DNA from: Marsupella aquatica
Taxonomy: Eukaryota > Plantae > Marchantiophyta
Assembly (NCBI GenBank): GCA_973895155.1
Contig: OZ316897.1
Location: 18,448,457-18,512,456 of the forward strand
Length of the DNA stretch: 64,000 nt
Direction of reading: 5' to 3'
Shown: positions 51,339 through 64,000 of the stretch, piece after piece
Position numbering within the stretch: the stretch's first letter is position 1
How the letters are laid out: each line of letters opens with the position of its first letter
Translations under genes and position numbers: made by a program
The notes under the pieces: generated by a model
Database searches by the model: none
What the model was told of the DNA's origin: nothing
Seen by the model: the letters and a program-made list of their open reading frames with translations, nothing else

Positions 51339-54274
51339 ATGTTGGCATGTGACAGTTTTACCTTGTGACATGATGTGGGATTGATAGAGATATTCATGGA
51401 GAATTGGCAAACAAGAAGTATTAAATTATTTTCAGGACCCCATCGAGTCCCTCAAGACTATCTTGACAGTGTTCATAGGTAGAACTCAGGGCGCGCCCAT
51501 GGAGTCTCTAATGCTCTCGACGCTCTGTGAAATCAATTGTCGTAACAATCCAGGCAAGTTTACTATGGAGTCTCTTAGTGCTGAGCACAACGATGGCATG
51601 CCTCATCATGTGGAGTCCCTGGCGCATTTGTGAATCTCGTATCAGGGATCGAGCTACTCTGATTGACCACTTAATGCTGTGGATCCAATTTGTCTTTGAG
51701 TCCTTTGAGTTCTTTGAGTCCCAAAGAATTCAGGACAAATTTGTCCATGGAGTCCTGAATTCTTTTGGGACAGAGGTTCGATACTTTTGACTTATCACTT
51801 CATTGACTGTGTTCCCCAACCTTGCTAACTGCTGGTTGCCAATCTTGACAGATTGCGCAGAAGACTACCTCATTCAGTGAAGGAACTTTAGAGTCCTTGA
51901 ATATGTGTTCGGACCTGACTCCTCAACACTTGTTGAATGAAGCACACATAGCGACGGGACATTTAAAAAATCTTGATTTTTTGAAGGAATATATGTGAGT
52001 TTTCGAGGATCTCGGTCGATTGCAGCTCACAAGAAGACAAGGGACCTTCCGAGGATCTAAGAGAAAACTCGCCAAGCCCGTAGTCAGTACACAGTCCGAT
52101 AGATTACGGCAACCTCCCTAGAGCTTCTCACAAAACTCTCTGAAATTCAGTGCAAACCAGCATTATGTCGATTTCACATATTAGTTGATGCAATAATCAA
52201 GCAGCCATAGCTTAAGTTCCACTCAATAGCGGTGTATTGTAAAAGGCGTCGGGAAGAAGGAGAGAGGTTGTCGAGCGAAAGAATTTGGGCCAGCAGCCTA
52301 CATACGTAGCAATGTGTACCTTGGCAATCGAGTCTTCATTTTTCACACATAGCCATCTCTTGATCCGCTGACGTGGCTCCGTGTGACCTACCTGGAAGGC
52401 AAAAGGGTTGAACTCCCTGCGGAGCCCAATGAGCGAGGGTGCTGCTAGACTGTGCCCGAGAGTTGTGCATGTGGGGATCTAAGATCTCTCCTCGACCTCG
52501 TGTGCAGGTTGTCACGAGTGTGCACTTTCAAGTTATGCCCGCACAGTAGTCGCACATAAAACGTACAATCCCAAACAATAATAATTACACGAATCACAAA
52601 TCGTATATAGGAAATCACAGAATGGACATACTACCTACCTGTCTTGTTATGTGGACTTCCCTCTCACACGGGCCGATCCGTTTCTTGACAGCCCAGTGTT
52701 TTCTCAACGGAGCGGAGCAACTTCTTTCGGGTAATTCGTAAGAAAGCGGAAGTGGTAATCATGCAACAGGCCGAATAAATTTGGTGAAACCCTGACAGAT
52801 TTTCGTCTACATTTCTATATCCCCAATATAACCGAGAACTGTCAAATCAGAAGACAACCGTGAATCCTGGCATAGAAGTCTTCCTATAGCAATTTATTTA
52901 GGAGGAATAATATTCTAATATTCTTCTCCTTATAAATATAAATACAAAACTATATAAACGTTCAGGTACCTACAAATTGCGCTTCGTAGATTTCTAAACA
53001 ATCATATTCGCTTGTTATCGTGGATCAAACAATTTGTGATTTTTACATTCCATGCAATTTATTCCACTACTGTATACACAGTGAAGCCCAAAAGTATCGC
53101 TTGCAACAGCGCCGCTACTGACATTGAGTACCGGGACGTTCGCAGATGCCAAACTTTACATTGCATTCGATCGTGGAAAGAGTTCCTCTTTGCATATGTT
53201 CATCATGTTGGTATGACCTGTTCATCCAGCAACCCAGATGGTTGCTGCTGTAGTCTTGACAACGTGCAGTCCTGTCTGTACGGGATCCTTACCTGTAACC
53301 TAGCTATACAGTGCGGGGATATGTCGGTAATGAAATAGGATCCCAATAGGATTGTTCATGCTTTAGATACGCCACCGCCGTTGATACTGGACACTGCTAC
53401 TACCTTTCTTGGATCGTCGCTTTACTGCTTGAATGAAGGCATTAGTTTTGGGAATTCTGAAGCTTTGAGCTCTTGACTCTCTCGATCTTGGGACTGAAGA
53501 TACCGCACATCACAATCTACCGACAGGACTTCTTGTTGGAAGCTTTGGATTTGAGTGATGATATTCTTCCAGCCAGCCAGGGCCGGGACCACCAAAATCT
53601 GCCTCGCTGAAAGTATCTGTCCAGGGCGTGTATGCTTGCATGATTGTGCGCTAGCTTCATGTTCTTCCCCTTGCACTACGATTCTTCGCTGAGCCGGGGC
53701 CGCAGCTCAAGTCCTAAGTTGAACAATGCCCTTGGAGATTGAGTTCTTCTTGGACGGCCTGAGTTGTACTCCTCTCCCGCGTGTACGAGTGATTACTTCA
53801 TCTGGGCAAGTTGCTCTATGTACTTCTCTCGTCGTCCAAGTTCCCCTTTATGTCCAGGCAAACGTCCATTACAGGGACTCCACAGACTGAACGATAGTCT
53901 CTCCTGATTGGAGGTAGTGAGCTTTCGGAGAGCTAGCTAGGTAATGTGCTGGTTCAACTTACATTTATTTGTGCAGAACTTGAAGGCATTTACCACAGGC
54001 GATCAGTAGGATATATCCGTTATTGTAGCTCATATGCATTATCGTCTGTCATCTTAGCTTGCTGCCCTCTTCCTCTAGCTTATGAGGATCGCTGTAAGAC
54101 GTATGTTCCCCATCTCATTGAAGTCTCTAGCAGTAGCTTGGGCACTTTGTCTTGGGCAGAAGACAGAGATTTGAAAACCCTTACGAACTGTGTGTTGTGT
54201 GTTCCTTCAGGTTGATCGAGCCACCCATCATTCCAGATCATTCATAGCTATCCAAAGCAATAGAGGCAAGCAAG

Positions 54275-55009
54275 ATGCAGAATGGAATCGGCCCCGACGG
54301 TACCATTCCGCCACCTCCAGGTGGAGTACTCTACAAGAAGAATCAGGTCCTCCCCGCGCATTTGACCCGCCGAGGCCGAAGGCAGAGAAGGAGAAGTTGC
54401 GCATGCAACCAAAGCCGCTGTTGTATGACCTCTCTGTGGAGCATCCTCATCTTCCTCATCGTGGCTATTGGGATTGCGATATTAGTGTTTTGGCTATTTG
54501 TGCGTCCAAAGTCTCCGCACTACACTGTCGGCAATGTCCGGCTTACTGGCCTGGACCCGAAAGCGTTGGCTACAGCCACCAAGATTGGTACGCTGAGCAC
54601 CGAAACGACGTTCACCATTGAGGCCCGTAACCCGAATTCAAAGATAGGATACTACTACGACAAAATCAGTGTCGAAGCAGATATTCTAGGCGTGAATATT
54701 GGCAAAGCGGAACCGGCTCCGTTCTTTCAGGGGCACGACAACACCACATTTCTTACCAACGACTTGAAGTCTGGGCCACTCAGTGTCATTGAGCTCACGC
54801 AGACAGGTGTTTTCGGCGCGAGCCAAGCTGGCGCTGTGCCCTTGGAGCTCAAGATGTATTTGAAGGTACGACTAAAAATTGGGTCATGGAAATCACCAAA
54901 GTTTAAAATCAATATTCTCTGCAGTTCTGTTGTGAATCCGAGTAAGACCGCTGCGATCGGAACTCCCGGCAAAAGCTGCTCTTACAAGACTAAATTCTGG
55001 ATTTTTTAG
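54275..55009 (+). CDS. NDR1/HIN1-like (NHL) protein, LEA_2 domain, 244 aa
   Basis: A Pro-rich N-terminus and basic/Cys cluster (RRRSCACNQSRCC) precede one TM helix (LWSILIFLIVAIGIAILVFWLFV) and RPKSPHYTV. The family motifs ARNPNSKIGYYYD and PFFQGHDNTT are present. The ORF is uninterrupted, with a probable 5'UTR intron at 53941-54210. Confidence 0.93.
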   Translation: MQNGIGPDGTIPPPPGGVLYKKNQVLPAHLTRRGRRQRRRSCACNQSRCCMTSLWSILIFLIVAIGIAILVFWLFVRPKSPHYTVGNVRLTGLDPKALATATKIGTLSTETTFTIEARNPNSKIGYYYDKISVEADILGVNIGKAEPAPFFQGHDNTTFLTNDLKSGPLSVIELTQTGVFGASQAGAVPLELKMYLKVRLKIGSWKSPKFKINILCSSVVNPSKTAAIGTPGKSCSYKTKFWIF

Positions 55010-58000
55010 ATCGCTGTGACTAATTAACGAGCCATGCACGCCACAGGTCTCAATTTAATTAGACCACAAATCGTATGTTAACCGCTTAGGTCAAAGTCCA
55101 TCCATGCGCATCTAATAGTTTTCAAGCGTTAGCTTATCCTGAGAGGCATGATTGTCACGAAATGTAGAATAAGTATTGCTGATCTATGAAGCCATCCTTA
55201 CTGTAGCAATTTGTCCTCTTCAAATTGGGACCACATCAATCCCTCTACTGACTTCACTCAAGTGCTACAATCGATGAGGACAGAAAGGTACTTACCTCCT
55301 TGAGTTATCGGACTCGGATTTGTCATCATTATATCTTACTTAGAACCAAATTGTCCGGCCAGAAATTTTATGGGAATGTAGAGACCAATTTACTGGCCAG
55401 AAATTTCATCGGCATGTAACGAGCAATTTCCTCGTAGCCTGGCTTTCAATTCATATTCATCCAGATTCCGGATTTCACATCAGTTCAATCCTGTCAGCCC
55501 CTATTCTTGATTAATTATTTCTGGTCTTAATGTAGCCTGTACATTTTGCGAAGTATACAATTTGTTGTCACGTGATTGTGATTAACCGTTTCAACCATAA
55601 AGCAATTTCGATCACTACATCTCAAGTGTCATGGACAAAACCATTGTGTTGTTTCAATCCTGCATTTGCGGGTGTTTGAGCGTATTTATGTGTTTGGTTT
55701 CAGTATGAATCAACCCCGGGATCGACTTATACGCGTGCTAGAGTAGTCGTGTACGTACGACACACGAATTCACAATATCCTTTTGAGATTGGAGAGTGTG
55801 AATGTGATTTCGTTGATGAACCCAGCACGCTCAACAATCTGCTGAATGTGACTAACCGGTGTGGTTGGATTCCAAAAGGGGTGGGACTTTTCCGGCCACT
55901 GAAGATTTCCGGGGGTTACGTCAGTCCAAGCGAGTTTTTCCCGTTCCAAGTAAAGCGCACAACCACCTTCTTGTTTACCGGCACCATTACTGTGAAGGGA
56001 AACTCTATTTTCAATAATCATCGTCTCTTGGGGATAAACCTTTCTGAGCAATCAGCTCTGGCACTGAAAGTTACCGAACATTTCCATCTCTCTTTACTAC
56101 TTTTATAAAGCAATTCATCCCTTTTAGAACACCTATCGATCTCCACGGAAGAAAATCCACTCTCACGTGGGGTAATTTTTTTGTCTCGAAAAAACCAATT
56201 GAAATTCATTCAAAAAGTTGAACTGATCGATTTGTGGGCATAAGTTGGAACGAGAGGATAGCTTGCCTAAAAGGTTTCAGATATGCAGCAAATGCCTTTT
56301 TACATCGCGGCAGAATTCTGCGAGTTGGCTCTATTCAACCCATTGAAGATGAGCAATGTTGAATCGAAAACAGTGGCAAACCGACGAAGAAACTAAGCAT
56401 CCGAATCATTCGAAACTGAGCAATAATAGACTAGGATAAGACAAACCATATGAACAATTCACAAACGGAACTGAAGCCTGGCACGAGATTTATCAAAAAC
56501 GTCTATGATCGGCAACGGTTACCTAGTTACAGGACATGCTTAATGGCCACCTTGAAATAACTTCCGTCAGGTATCGAAGATCCGCAGTCCATGATTCCAA
56601 GAAGCCCGTGTCAAGAACAAATGAATCCCCTTTCAAGAAAGGAAACTTCCCAAGTTATCTAGACCAGTTTTCATATATCGCGAGGAGCTCTCATTTACAA
56701 CCGAACTTTATGAGGTAACGGCGGATTGAGATGCCATCGGTTCTGTCGGTTCACTTTACGATTGCTCGGTTCGATCTTCTCAATTTCAAATTGGTGATCT
56801 CTGGGATATATAATACTGAAGGTTGGCATGAACAAGTTCTTTACCCTCTGAGGATAATTGTAACATGCTAAAATTTGGATAATCGTTGATTTTCTGATGA
56901 GATCTAAGATGTCTCAATATCATATTCTTTAGATCTGAATATTTTTCCTATCCACGGTTGTCGTAAATCTCCTAAACTTTCCGCATTCCACGAGATTTCG
57001 CTAAAACCCTCGTATTTTCCACAGATCTCAAAAGGGTAGACCGGGGGGATGACTGAATTGCAGTCTTGTTTCCTTTCTTACCTACGTTGGATCACTGCAG
57101 TCCTCATTTTAGTCGCATAGCGAAGCAGAGAATCTGGTGCAAATGTACGCCCGGAATAAATTCGGATCATAGTTATGGTTTTGCCGGATATAGTTAACCG
57201 ATTGATGTTTTTGTCATGCTCATGACTAGTTGATGGGGGTAATTAATGAATCTTCTTGGTTGGAGATAAGGCGTGAATTCATGCTTCGTCCCTTTTTTTT
57301 TTTTAAGTCAAATCTCGTTCTGACTAAACTCTAAGATACGTTCGTAAAAGGGACCAATTTTGTCTTAGGTGAGGACAGTGCCAGAAGAATTTTTGTATGA
57401 ATCCCTTTTCTGACGCCAGTTTCCTGTGATTATAAATATCTCTCACAGAAGTTGTAGATTTGGACACACTTGATTGGCGATAGGAAAAACCTCTGGAATC
57501 CTTGCGGCTAAACCCTAAGATCCAGAACCTCCCTGACCCTTTACCTGTGCTATTACAAGATACTGCTGTCCAGAAAAGCCATTTCAAAGGGCATCATGTT
57601 AATCAAAACTGGAGTACAATAGTCTTGCTCAAACGAGAGTTTCTTTCCAAAATTTACTCCATTTGAAAAACCCAGCTTGTTTTCGGTTCAGATTCATTGT
57701 ACCCCCAAGTACTACATGTATGTACATACTATTTGAACGATACATTTTTCTCAAGATATCGAAGTTGACGTCCTCAGAGAGGTTGTTAGGGATTTCGTTC
57801 CATTGTGAGATTGTCCGATAGGGATCAGATATGCTGCTTCTGGGTGCCTCACTCCACAGAAATATGAACTTTCATCAGATTGTGATATTCATCAAGGAGT
57901 ACATCGCAGTATTGATTCTTGTAACATGAACTTCCTTCATAGATGTTGTGTTAATTACCTTTGGAAAAGTGATTAACTGTGATGATCAATCGCTCCTGTG

Positions 58001-58100
58001 CTTCACTCTCTAATGAAGCCAATGGCAATGGATTGAATTACCTTCCAGAGGACTCTCAATTGCATGAGAAATAATTCGATCAGGAGGGTTAGTCAACAAC

Positions 58101-59591
58101 ATGGCTGCACTGCAATCATCCGTACTCGCCAAGAATGCAGCTAATCTTGCCGCTCAGTTGGCGCTGGTCGAAAGTCGGGGCAGGGAAGAGAGTATGGGGA
58201 GGGAAAAACCGGATAGTCGGCCCTCAACTGGCACTGTGGTAAGTGCTGCAGGGGACTCTATCAATGATTCTGTGCCTTCAAGTAAGGCTACCGGTCAACC
58301 TAGAAGTGGCCATAGTTCGCCAACTAAATTGGATGATTCGCTTCCTGCAAGTAAAACTACAAGTCGACCCACAACTGGCCACAGTTCGCCCACGAGACTG
58401 GGCGATTCTCTTCCTGCAAGTAGGACTACAAGTCGACCCACAACCGGCCACAGTTCGCCCACGAGACTGGACGATTCTCTTCCTGTAAGTAGGACTACAA
58501 GTCGACCCACAACCGGCCATAGTTCGCCCACGAAACTGGACGATTCTCTTCCTACAACTAGAACTACGAGTCGACACACAACTGGCGATACCTCGCCCGC
58601 TAGATTGGAGGAATCTATTTCTACAAGCTATGATGTCAGTCAAGTCACGACTGGTCGTACTTCACCCACGAAATTGGAGGACACAGACGAAGCCCAAGTC
58701 GAAACCTTCTCTGAGCAGCCTGAATGTGGGAATACAGTTCATTTGATTAGTGGCGGTGCTGGAGAAGAGAATTTTCAGGGAGGCTGCACACCCAAAGCAT
58801 CCGAGGTCCTTTCTTTCTCAGTAGCAGAAGCTGTGGAGGCGTTCGAGGCCAAAACTACAAGAACTAAGAAGGTACCAAAGTGACTCACGGGAAGAAACCT
58901 TGTCGCAGCCATGGTTCTAGCAAACAAATGGTAAATAATTTCTATCTAAGAAAAAATTAGCTTCGTTTCGTACAAGGCTCAATGCATCCTTACAGCGTAG
59001 AATGTGTATCATGCAAGGACATTTCAATTTCTGCATCTCGATGCTTTTGAAAGGATTCACTTTAAAGACAGTCACGATGAAAGATGAAACGGAAGCACTA
59101 GAGCTTTTCAAGTGACAGGTTGAAAGTTCTACAGCGGTCATCATTGACGTTCCCACTGATATTAGTGAAACTTTGACCTGACCTTAAGTGCTTTATAAGG
59201 CTGAGTGTTAATCCAAAAATGGAAGTCGAGTGAGCTACACATACCTTTTGAATCCTTTGAAATTACATGTGAATCCAGCGGTCTACAGCAATTGTACCCT
59301 TACGACTAATTTTTGGTTGAATTGCTGAATGTTCAAAATGCAATTTTGTTCTATTCTGCAGTCTAAGAACAACAAAATCAATAACCAACCCCGGCCAAAA
59401 AAGCCACATATCGGAAAAGGAGATTGTAATGAGATCCCTCAGACAAAATCGGGAACTTTCGGATGGGCAAAATTTTCGTTACTTGGATTGACACTGTTAG
59501 GTTTGTGCGCATTAATTTACAGTTACCGTTACATTTCTGAGTGCATCATTATCATTAAATTTAAACAGGTGGAGCTTTGAATTTTCCTTAG
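58101..59591 (+). CDS. Unknown Ser/Thr/Pro-rich repeat protein, probably spliced to a C-terminal transmembrane segment
   Basis: A 260-codon ORF (58101-58883) has an in-frame 69-bp repeat. A phase-0 donor AAG|GTACCA at 58872 joins the acceptor TTCTGCAG|59362 (SKNNKINNQPRPKKPH...FGWAKFSLLGLTLL). A possible intron 59501-59568 then gives GGALNFP and a stop at 59589-59591. An acceptor at 58083 keeps the frame open, so upstream exons are possible. The exon structure is tentative. Confidence 0.65.
58263..58676 (+). repeat. Coding minisatellite, 69 bp (23 aa) x6
   Basis: Units: NDSVPSSKATGQPRSGHSSPTKL, DDSLPASKTTSRPTTGHSSPTRL, GDSLPASRTTSRPTTGHSSPTRL, DDSLPVSRTTSRPTTGHSSPTKL, DDSLPTTRTTSRHTTGDTSPARL, EESISTSYDVSQVTTGRTSPTKL. 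Confidence 0.95.
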
Positions 59592-60454
59592 CGAAAGCTG
59601 GAGCTGGGCAAAGAACCTTCTTACGGGGTAAGTCAGTACAGTACATCCACGAATGGTGCAGAAAACTTTTACATATAAACCTGCGTTCGTCTCGGGTTCT
59701 CCAAAGGAGAAACGAATCTCTATTACAAAAAATGGCAAACAAATATAAACAGGGAGACAAGAAATATGTGTGAGAATGAGTTTTACTATTTATAGCATCG
59801 TCAGGTGTCTCTGTTTCGTTTAGCAAAATGTTCGTAAGTTCTAATGATTCCCAGACAAAGTGCTCAGAATGCTCTATCTATCTGCCTACCTTTGGCAGGC
59901 TGTCTCCGCCAGTTTCACCTTTACTTATCATCGTCGTGCTTCACTTCACTCGTGTCTGTGCACATGAAACAGGTGAAAAGACCCATGTTTCCTATCTGTA
60001 CTGTAGTTGGGACCGTAGTATCCTACCGATAGGGAATTAAAGCTTAAATGTGCCTTTCACCTCCTAAATACAAAATTACCATGCTGTTTCAATACTACAT
60101 TAGGTCTACCGTTCCAAGAAGAGCCCCTATGCTCATCTCTCCCATTCCTCCCAGGCACCCTGTCCCCTCACCCTATAGCTTCCCTTTCCCTCCCAATTAA
60201 GATCCCCCTCCATGACTGTTTCCTCCCCCTGACTGTTTGCCACCCCTTGCACAATGTGCCCTGCCCACCCTAACACAGACCACATGGGGCGGATTGTGTC
60301 AAACATCCTTGCCTCACTTATTCATTTGTGGCCACCCTATTGCCTATGTGTAGGCCAAGTTGATATTCATCCTTATTGTCTGAGCCTTTAGTTGGCACCC
60401 TGTGCAGTGTTTTTCACTTTGCATGTGAGTTGGCAGGAACGGGTTAGCTGCATT

Positions 60455-63400
60455 TTAGCCATTTTCAGCCTTGTCATATGCATTTGACTTGTGCTTTGGG
60501 TTGAAGGCGAAGTTTGCAGGAGTTGGACCAAGTAAAAGCTCTGTTATTCTAACCTGAAACACATCACCTCGTGTTCAGTTAGTGGAACAATATGTCATTT
60601 CTTCAATACAGTAAGAACAGTAATTGATTAATTGCTCAAAGACTATACGTACCCAGTCAGCAGCACTTTCCGATGCCATCATGGTTTCAAGGTCGTTTCT
60701 TCCAAAGTAACTGGGAGGTCTCCAATTAGGTTTCTGAGGTACAACTTCTAACAAACCAACTGGAATATACCGATGCATGTAACTTAACCACTCCAGCAGA
60801 AAGTGCCTAGTAGTTTCCACTCCTGTTACAATGTTAATGAAATTGTGTGAGCACGAAACACTTTAAAGCCAAGTCCACAAAAGCAGGACCAGTACTGTAC
60901 TAACAAGGAGCCTTTGGAATCGCGTTCTCAAAAAGTTCAAAACGAGTTGGCAAACATCCACCTGGAACACATCCCATCAGGCAATTGTACCACATGGATA
61001 CTTCCTAAGCGAACAAGGAGCCTTTGGAATCGCGTTCTCAAAAAAGTTCCAAACGAGTTGGCAAACATCCACCAGGAACACATCCCATCAGGCAATTGTA
61101 CCACATGGATACTTCCTAAGCGAAGAACATTTAAAAGTGAAGAGAAGGGAGTGGCATTAAACCTTTAGAATCTGAACCCCAGTGTGCAAGACCACAATGT
61201 ACATACTGCCTCAATATGTCCAGTCTCTCGCCAGAACTAATATCCCAGTGTCGTCTTTCTTTGATCTCACGGAACAACCAAGGCTGCGGTACAACTATAT
61301 GATCAGGCACCCCAAACAAAGACCAGATGGGTCTGTCATAAACATCCTTCGGACTGTTTGCCTTCTAAACTACAAAAGAACACTTGCTAACCCAACTGCT
61401 CGTGGCTTACTTGCTTTGACAGGCGTTCTTCAAAGGATGGAAGACATTTAACAGTCAGAGCCATGGCCTAAGTCGAAACAATCTAGAAGAGTTTTAGTTA
61501 CCAGCCAAGAAAGTCACAACAATACGTACCTTGATGAGCGCCCCACGGGCAATCATACAGGTGGAGAGCTTTGACCCTGCGGTCTCTAAGTGGTCAGTCC
61601 AATCTGTGTAAGAAAATACGTCCCCATTGCCAATGACCTGCAGATCGCCCGTTGCTGCAGCGGCACACTGATGCACATAGGCCCAGTCTGCCTGTTTGCT
61701 GTACCGCTGCTGGCGTGTACGACCATGAATAGTTACAGCGCTCACTCCCCAGTCACTCAAGTTCGGCATCAGCGTATGCGCACAATTACGTCCTTCAAAA
61801 TAACCCATTCGCAACTGAGATGTCATTCAGGCCCAGTTAGAATTCGATGGGAAACACTAGTTCCAACATATTTTGATGGGCAGCACAATTAAGAAGACTA
61901 GGAAGTACTTGATCTCCTTATCTCGCTAACAACGCTGGAAAACGATGAACTGAAAGTAGCTGAAATTATATCTCGTTGAAAATGTCACACGGGATGGAAA
62001 TGGATGACAAGGTAGCTTTGTACAAGGATAAGGATAAGCAAGACCTTCACAGTGAGAGGGCTTTCCATCACAGCGGCAGTGACCCTGACAACCTGCTCCA
62101 ACCTTTGAGGCTTGGTCAAAAGGCAAGACCCAGACCCTTTATTGACAACCAGATCAATGGGGCATCCCATGTTTATATCAATGAAATCCACTGCACACTC
62201 TTGTTCAATCAGCTCAGCAGTCCGAGCCACATGGTCAGGGAAAGAACCACAGATTTGAACTCCAAATAAATCCTCACAAGAATGCCTACGTAGCAATGCC
62301 CATTCAGAAGCTTGACCCTGCAATGTTGAAACGGACATTGTAGGTTAGTTAAAAATTCATCTCCAGCATTTACATAAAGAATACACAATTACCCTCTTCA
62401 TTCATTCAAGATAACTGTACCTGGAGAAGGTTGGTGCACATCGCCATCTCCCCACATGTGATGTCAGCTCCCAGACCCTTGCATACCCTTCGGAAAGGCA
62501 GATTTCCTACCGTTGTAAGGGGAGCCAGGTATAACTTCTCTCTAAAGTCAATAACCTTCTTCTCTCGGTTTCCTAACTTTGATTCCACATAAAGCGACCG
62601 TGAGGCATCAATAATTGGAGTGGACTTCCCCATCTCTACCTGAGCTTGAACGTCTCCGCTAGTAACATCCAATGCATTGAACCCATCCTCATCGAGTTTA
62701 GCTGAGGTATCAATGACTGTCCTTTCATTGTTATCAGACGGACAATCGTTGACAGGACTGTTACCTATGGCTTCATCTGCTTCACTTTTGAGCCTCTTCT
62801 GCGGGGGTGAGCCGCCCTCTGTGACGCGTGATAGCACTGGATAATTTGACTGTGCAAGTCCTTCATTCAGGTGTTCGTCAACATCTTCAATACTACCTTC
62901 TCTACCTGCTGTTACTTCAATTCCTTGCTCCTTAACATACTTATTGTCAACGGGAGCAGAACTTAATGTTTCCAATGCGGTCTGTTTAATAGTTTCACGA
63001 GCGCCGCCCCTGACCCCTACGTATCTTTCCGGGGCATCCTCTTTTTCAGCCTGCTCAGGTTCGTCCATTCGATTATCTTCCCCCGCCACTTTCCGCAATT
63101 TAAAGGCCTTATTCTGTTGTTCAAACAAGATCCATTTGTATTAGTTAGGACGGAATATCATATTACCAAAACATCCATTTTAGCTTAAGCCCAGATAACG
63201 AAGATTAGCAGGGAAATCGAGAGCCGCAACAAATCGGATTCTAGTTGAGAGTAACAATGCATGATACATGCAAGAAAACCTCGACTTTACCATGACAAAA
63301 CAATCGTCAAAAATCCAAACTTGGTAATCTCGTAGGCGGACCTATTTCCAAACGACTTAAACAATAGCGACAATTGTTTTCGAGCCTGGGGAGCTAGTTG

Positions 63401-63900
63401 TCCGACGACATGCAGACAATTGCAGGCACAACTGACTCGCTAACTTAAATTTCTATCAGAATACAGCATTCCATGCAATATCTTTTCAATATCCTAGGTG
63501 TTCAATCTTAGCACACTAAGCTGCAAGAACACGATTGTCACTATGGTCCACTGCACAGAGTACACATGTTTCAGAAAAATAATCATCTGAAATGAATTCC
63601 TACGTGGTGCCCTCGCTTAGAATCTTGCTAAAGACTTTCAGTTTCAAACCATACCATCAGTCCCATGGCTTGCAACTGGGCGTCAGCCTTAGGGTACAAC
63701 CCCATATTTTTCCAAAGAAGTTTCTGCAGCTCTTTGCTCAAACTATTGAGCTCGTTTGGAGCAGTATTGGACCTCCTTTCTTGAGATCCTTCATGTTTAT
63801 CACAATCCTTGTGAGTGCCAGCAAATCTGCATGCAATACCATAAGAGCACCGCTCTCCTGTGTCCAAGGAGGGGCATCTTCCTGGTAGGTCATGGGGTTT
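60455..63900 (-). CDS. DUS3L: tRNA-dihydrouridine(47) synthase [NAD(P)+]-like (Dus3 family), 5' end beyond the window
   Basis: Phase-consistent GT-AG exons: 63900-63655, 63113-62421, 62317-62045, 61814-61530, 61283-61163, 60822-60653, 60553-60455. Motifs: CCCH finger [111 protein letters not shown]-stop. Confidence 0.96.
60902..61122. repeat. Recent 110-bp tandem duplication inside a DUS3L intron
   Basis: AACAAGGAGCCTTTGGAATCGCGTTCTC...CATGGATACTTCCTAAGCG occurs at 60902 and 61012. The copies differ by two substitutions and one A indel. Confidence 0.95.
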
Positions 63901-64000
63901 CTGCAGTACAACCAAAGGGTCCAGAGTTAAAGATATACGAGCAGAGGACAACGTCTCTCCCGCAATAAGATCATGAGAAGATAGATATGGAGATTCATAA

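Noticed and set aside
55749-56209. Overlapping 119-, 93- and 63-aa ORFs
   Set aside because: No recognisable motif, the two longer ones have non-ATG starts, and no consistent splice structure was found.

Overview
Eukaryotic nuclear DNA from a land plant: GT-AG introns, Ty1/copia and MITE debris, and plant gene families. The F-box/kelch style and codon usage suggest a bryophyte or liverwort, but that is inference. Supported genes are: (i) a 13-exon SMC2 (condensin) copy on the minus strand that looks broken, with an exon-2 frameshift, an in-frame deletion of the hinge GX6GX3GG motif and no C-terminal third visible; (ii) a doubly frameshifted F-box/kelch gene; (iii) an intact intronless NDR1/HIN1-like (LEA_2) gene; (iv) an unknown protein with six 23-aa repeats, each carrying S-P-x-K/R, and a probable C-terminal membrane anchor; (v) the 3' seven exons of an apparently intact DUS3L; and (vi) a candidate 61-aa Arg-rich microprotein gene below an ABRE/RY-rich promoter. 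The 13.4-35 kb interval is mostly transposon-derived: Harbinger-type MITE pieces, a truncated copia split by a solo LTR with a perfect 5-bp TSD, tandem arrays and foldbacks. No rRNA, intact tRNA or CRISPR array is visible. The best leads for new biology are the Arg-rich microprotein and the CDK-motif repeat protein; neither can be confirmed without expression or homology data. All exon boundaries were read by eye.
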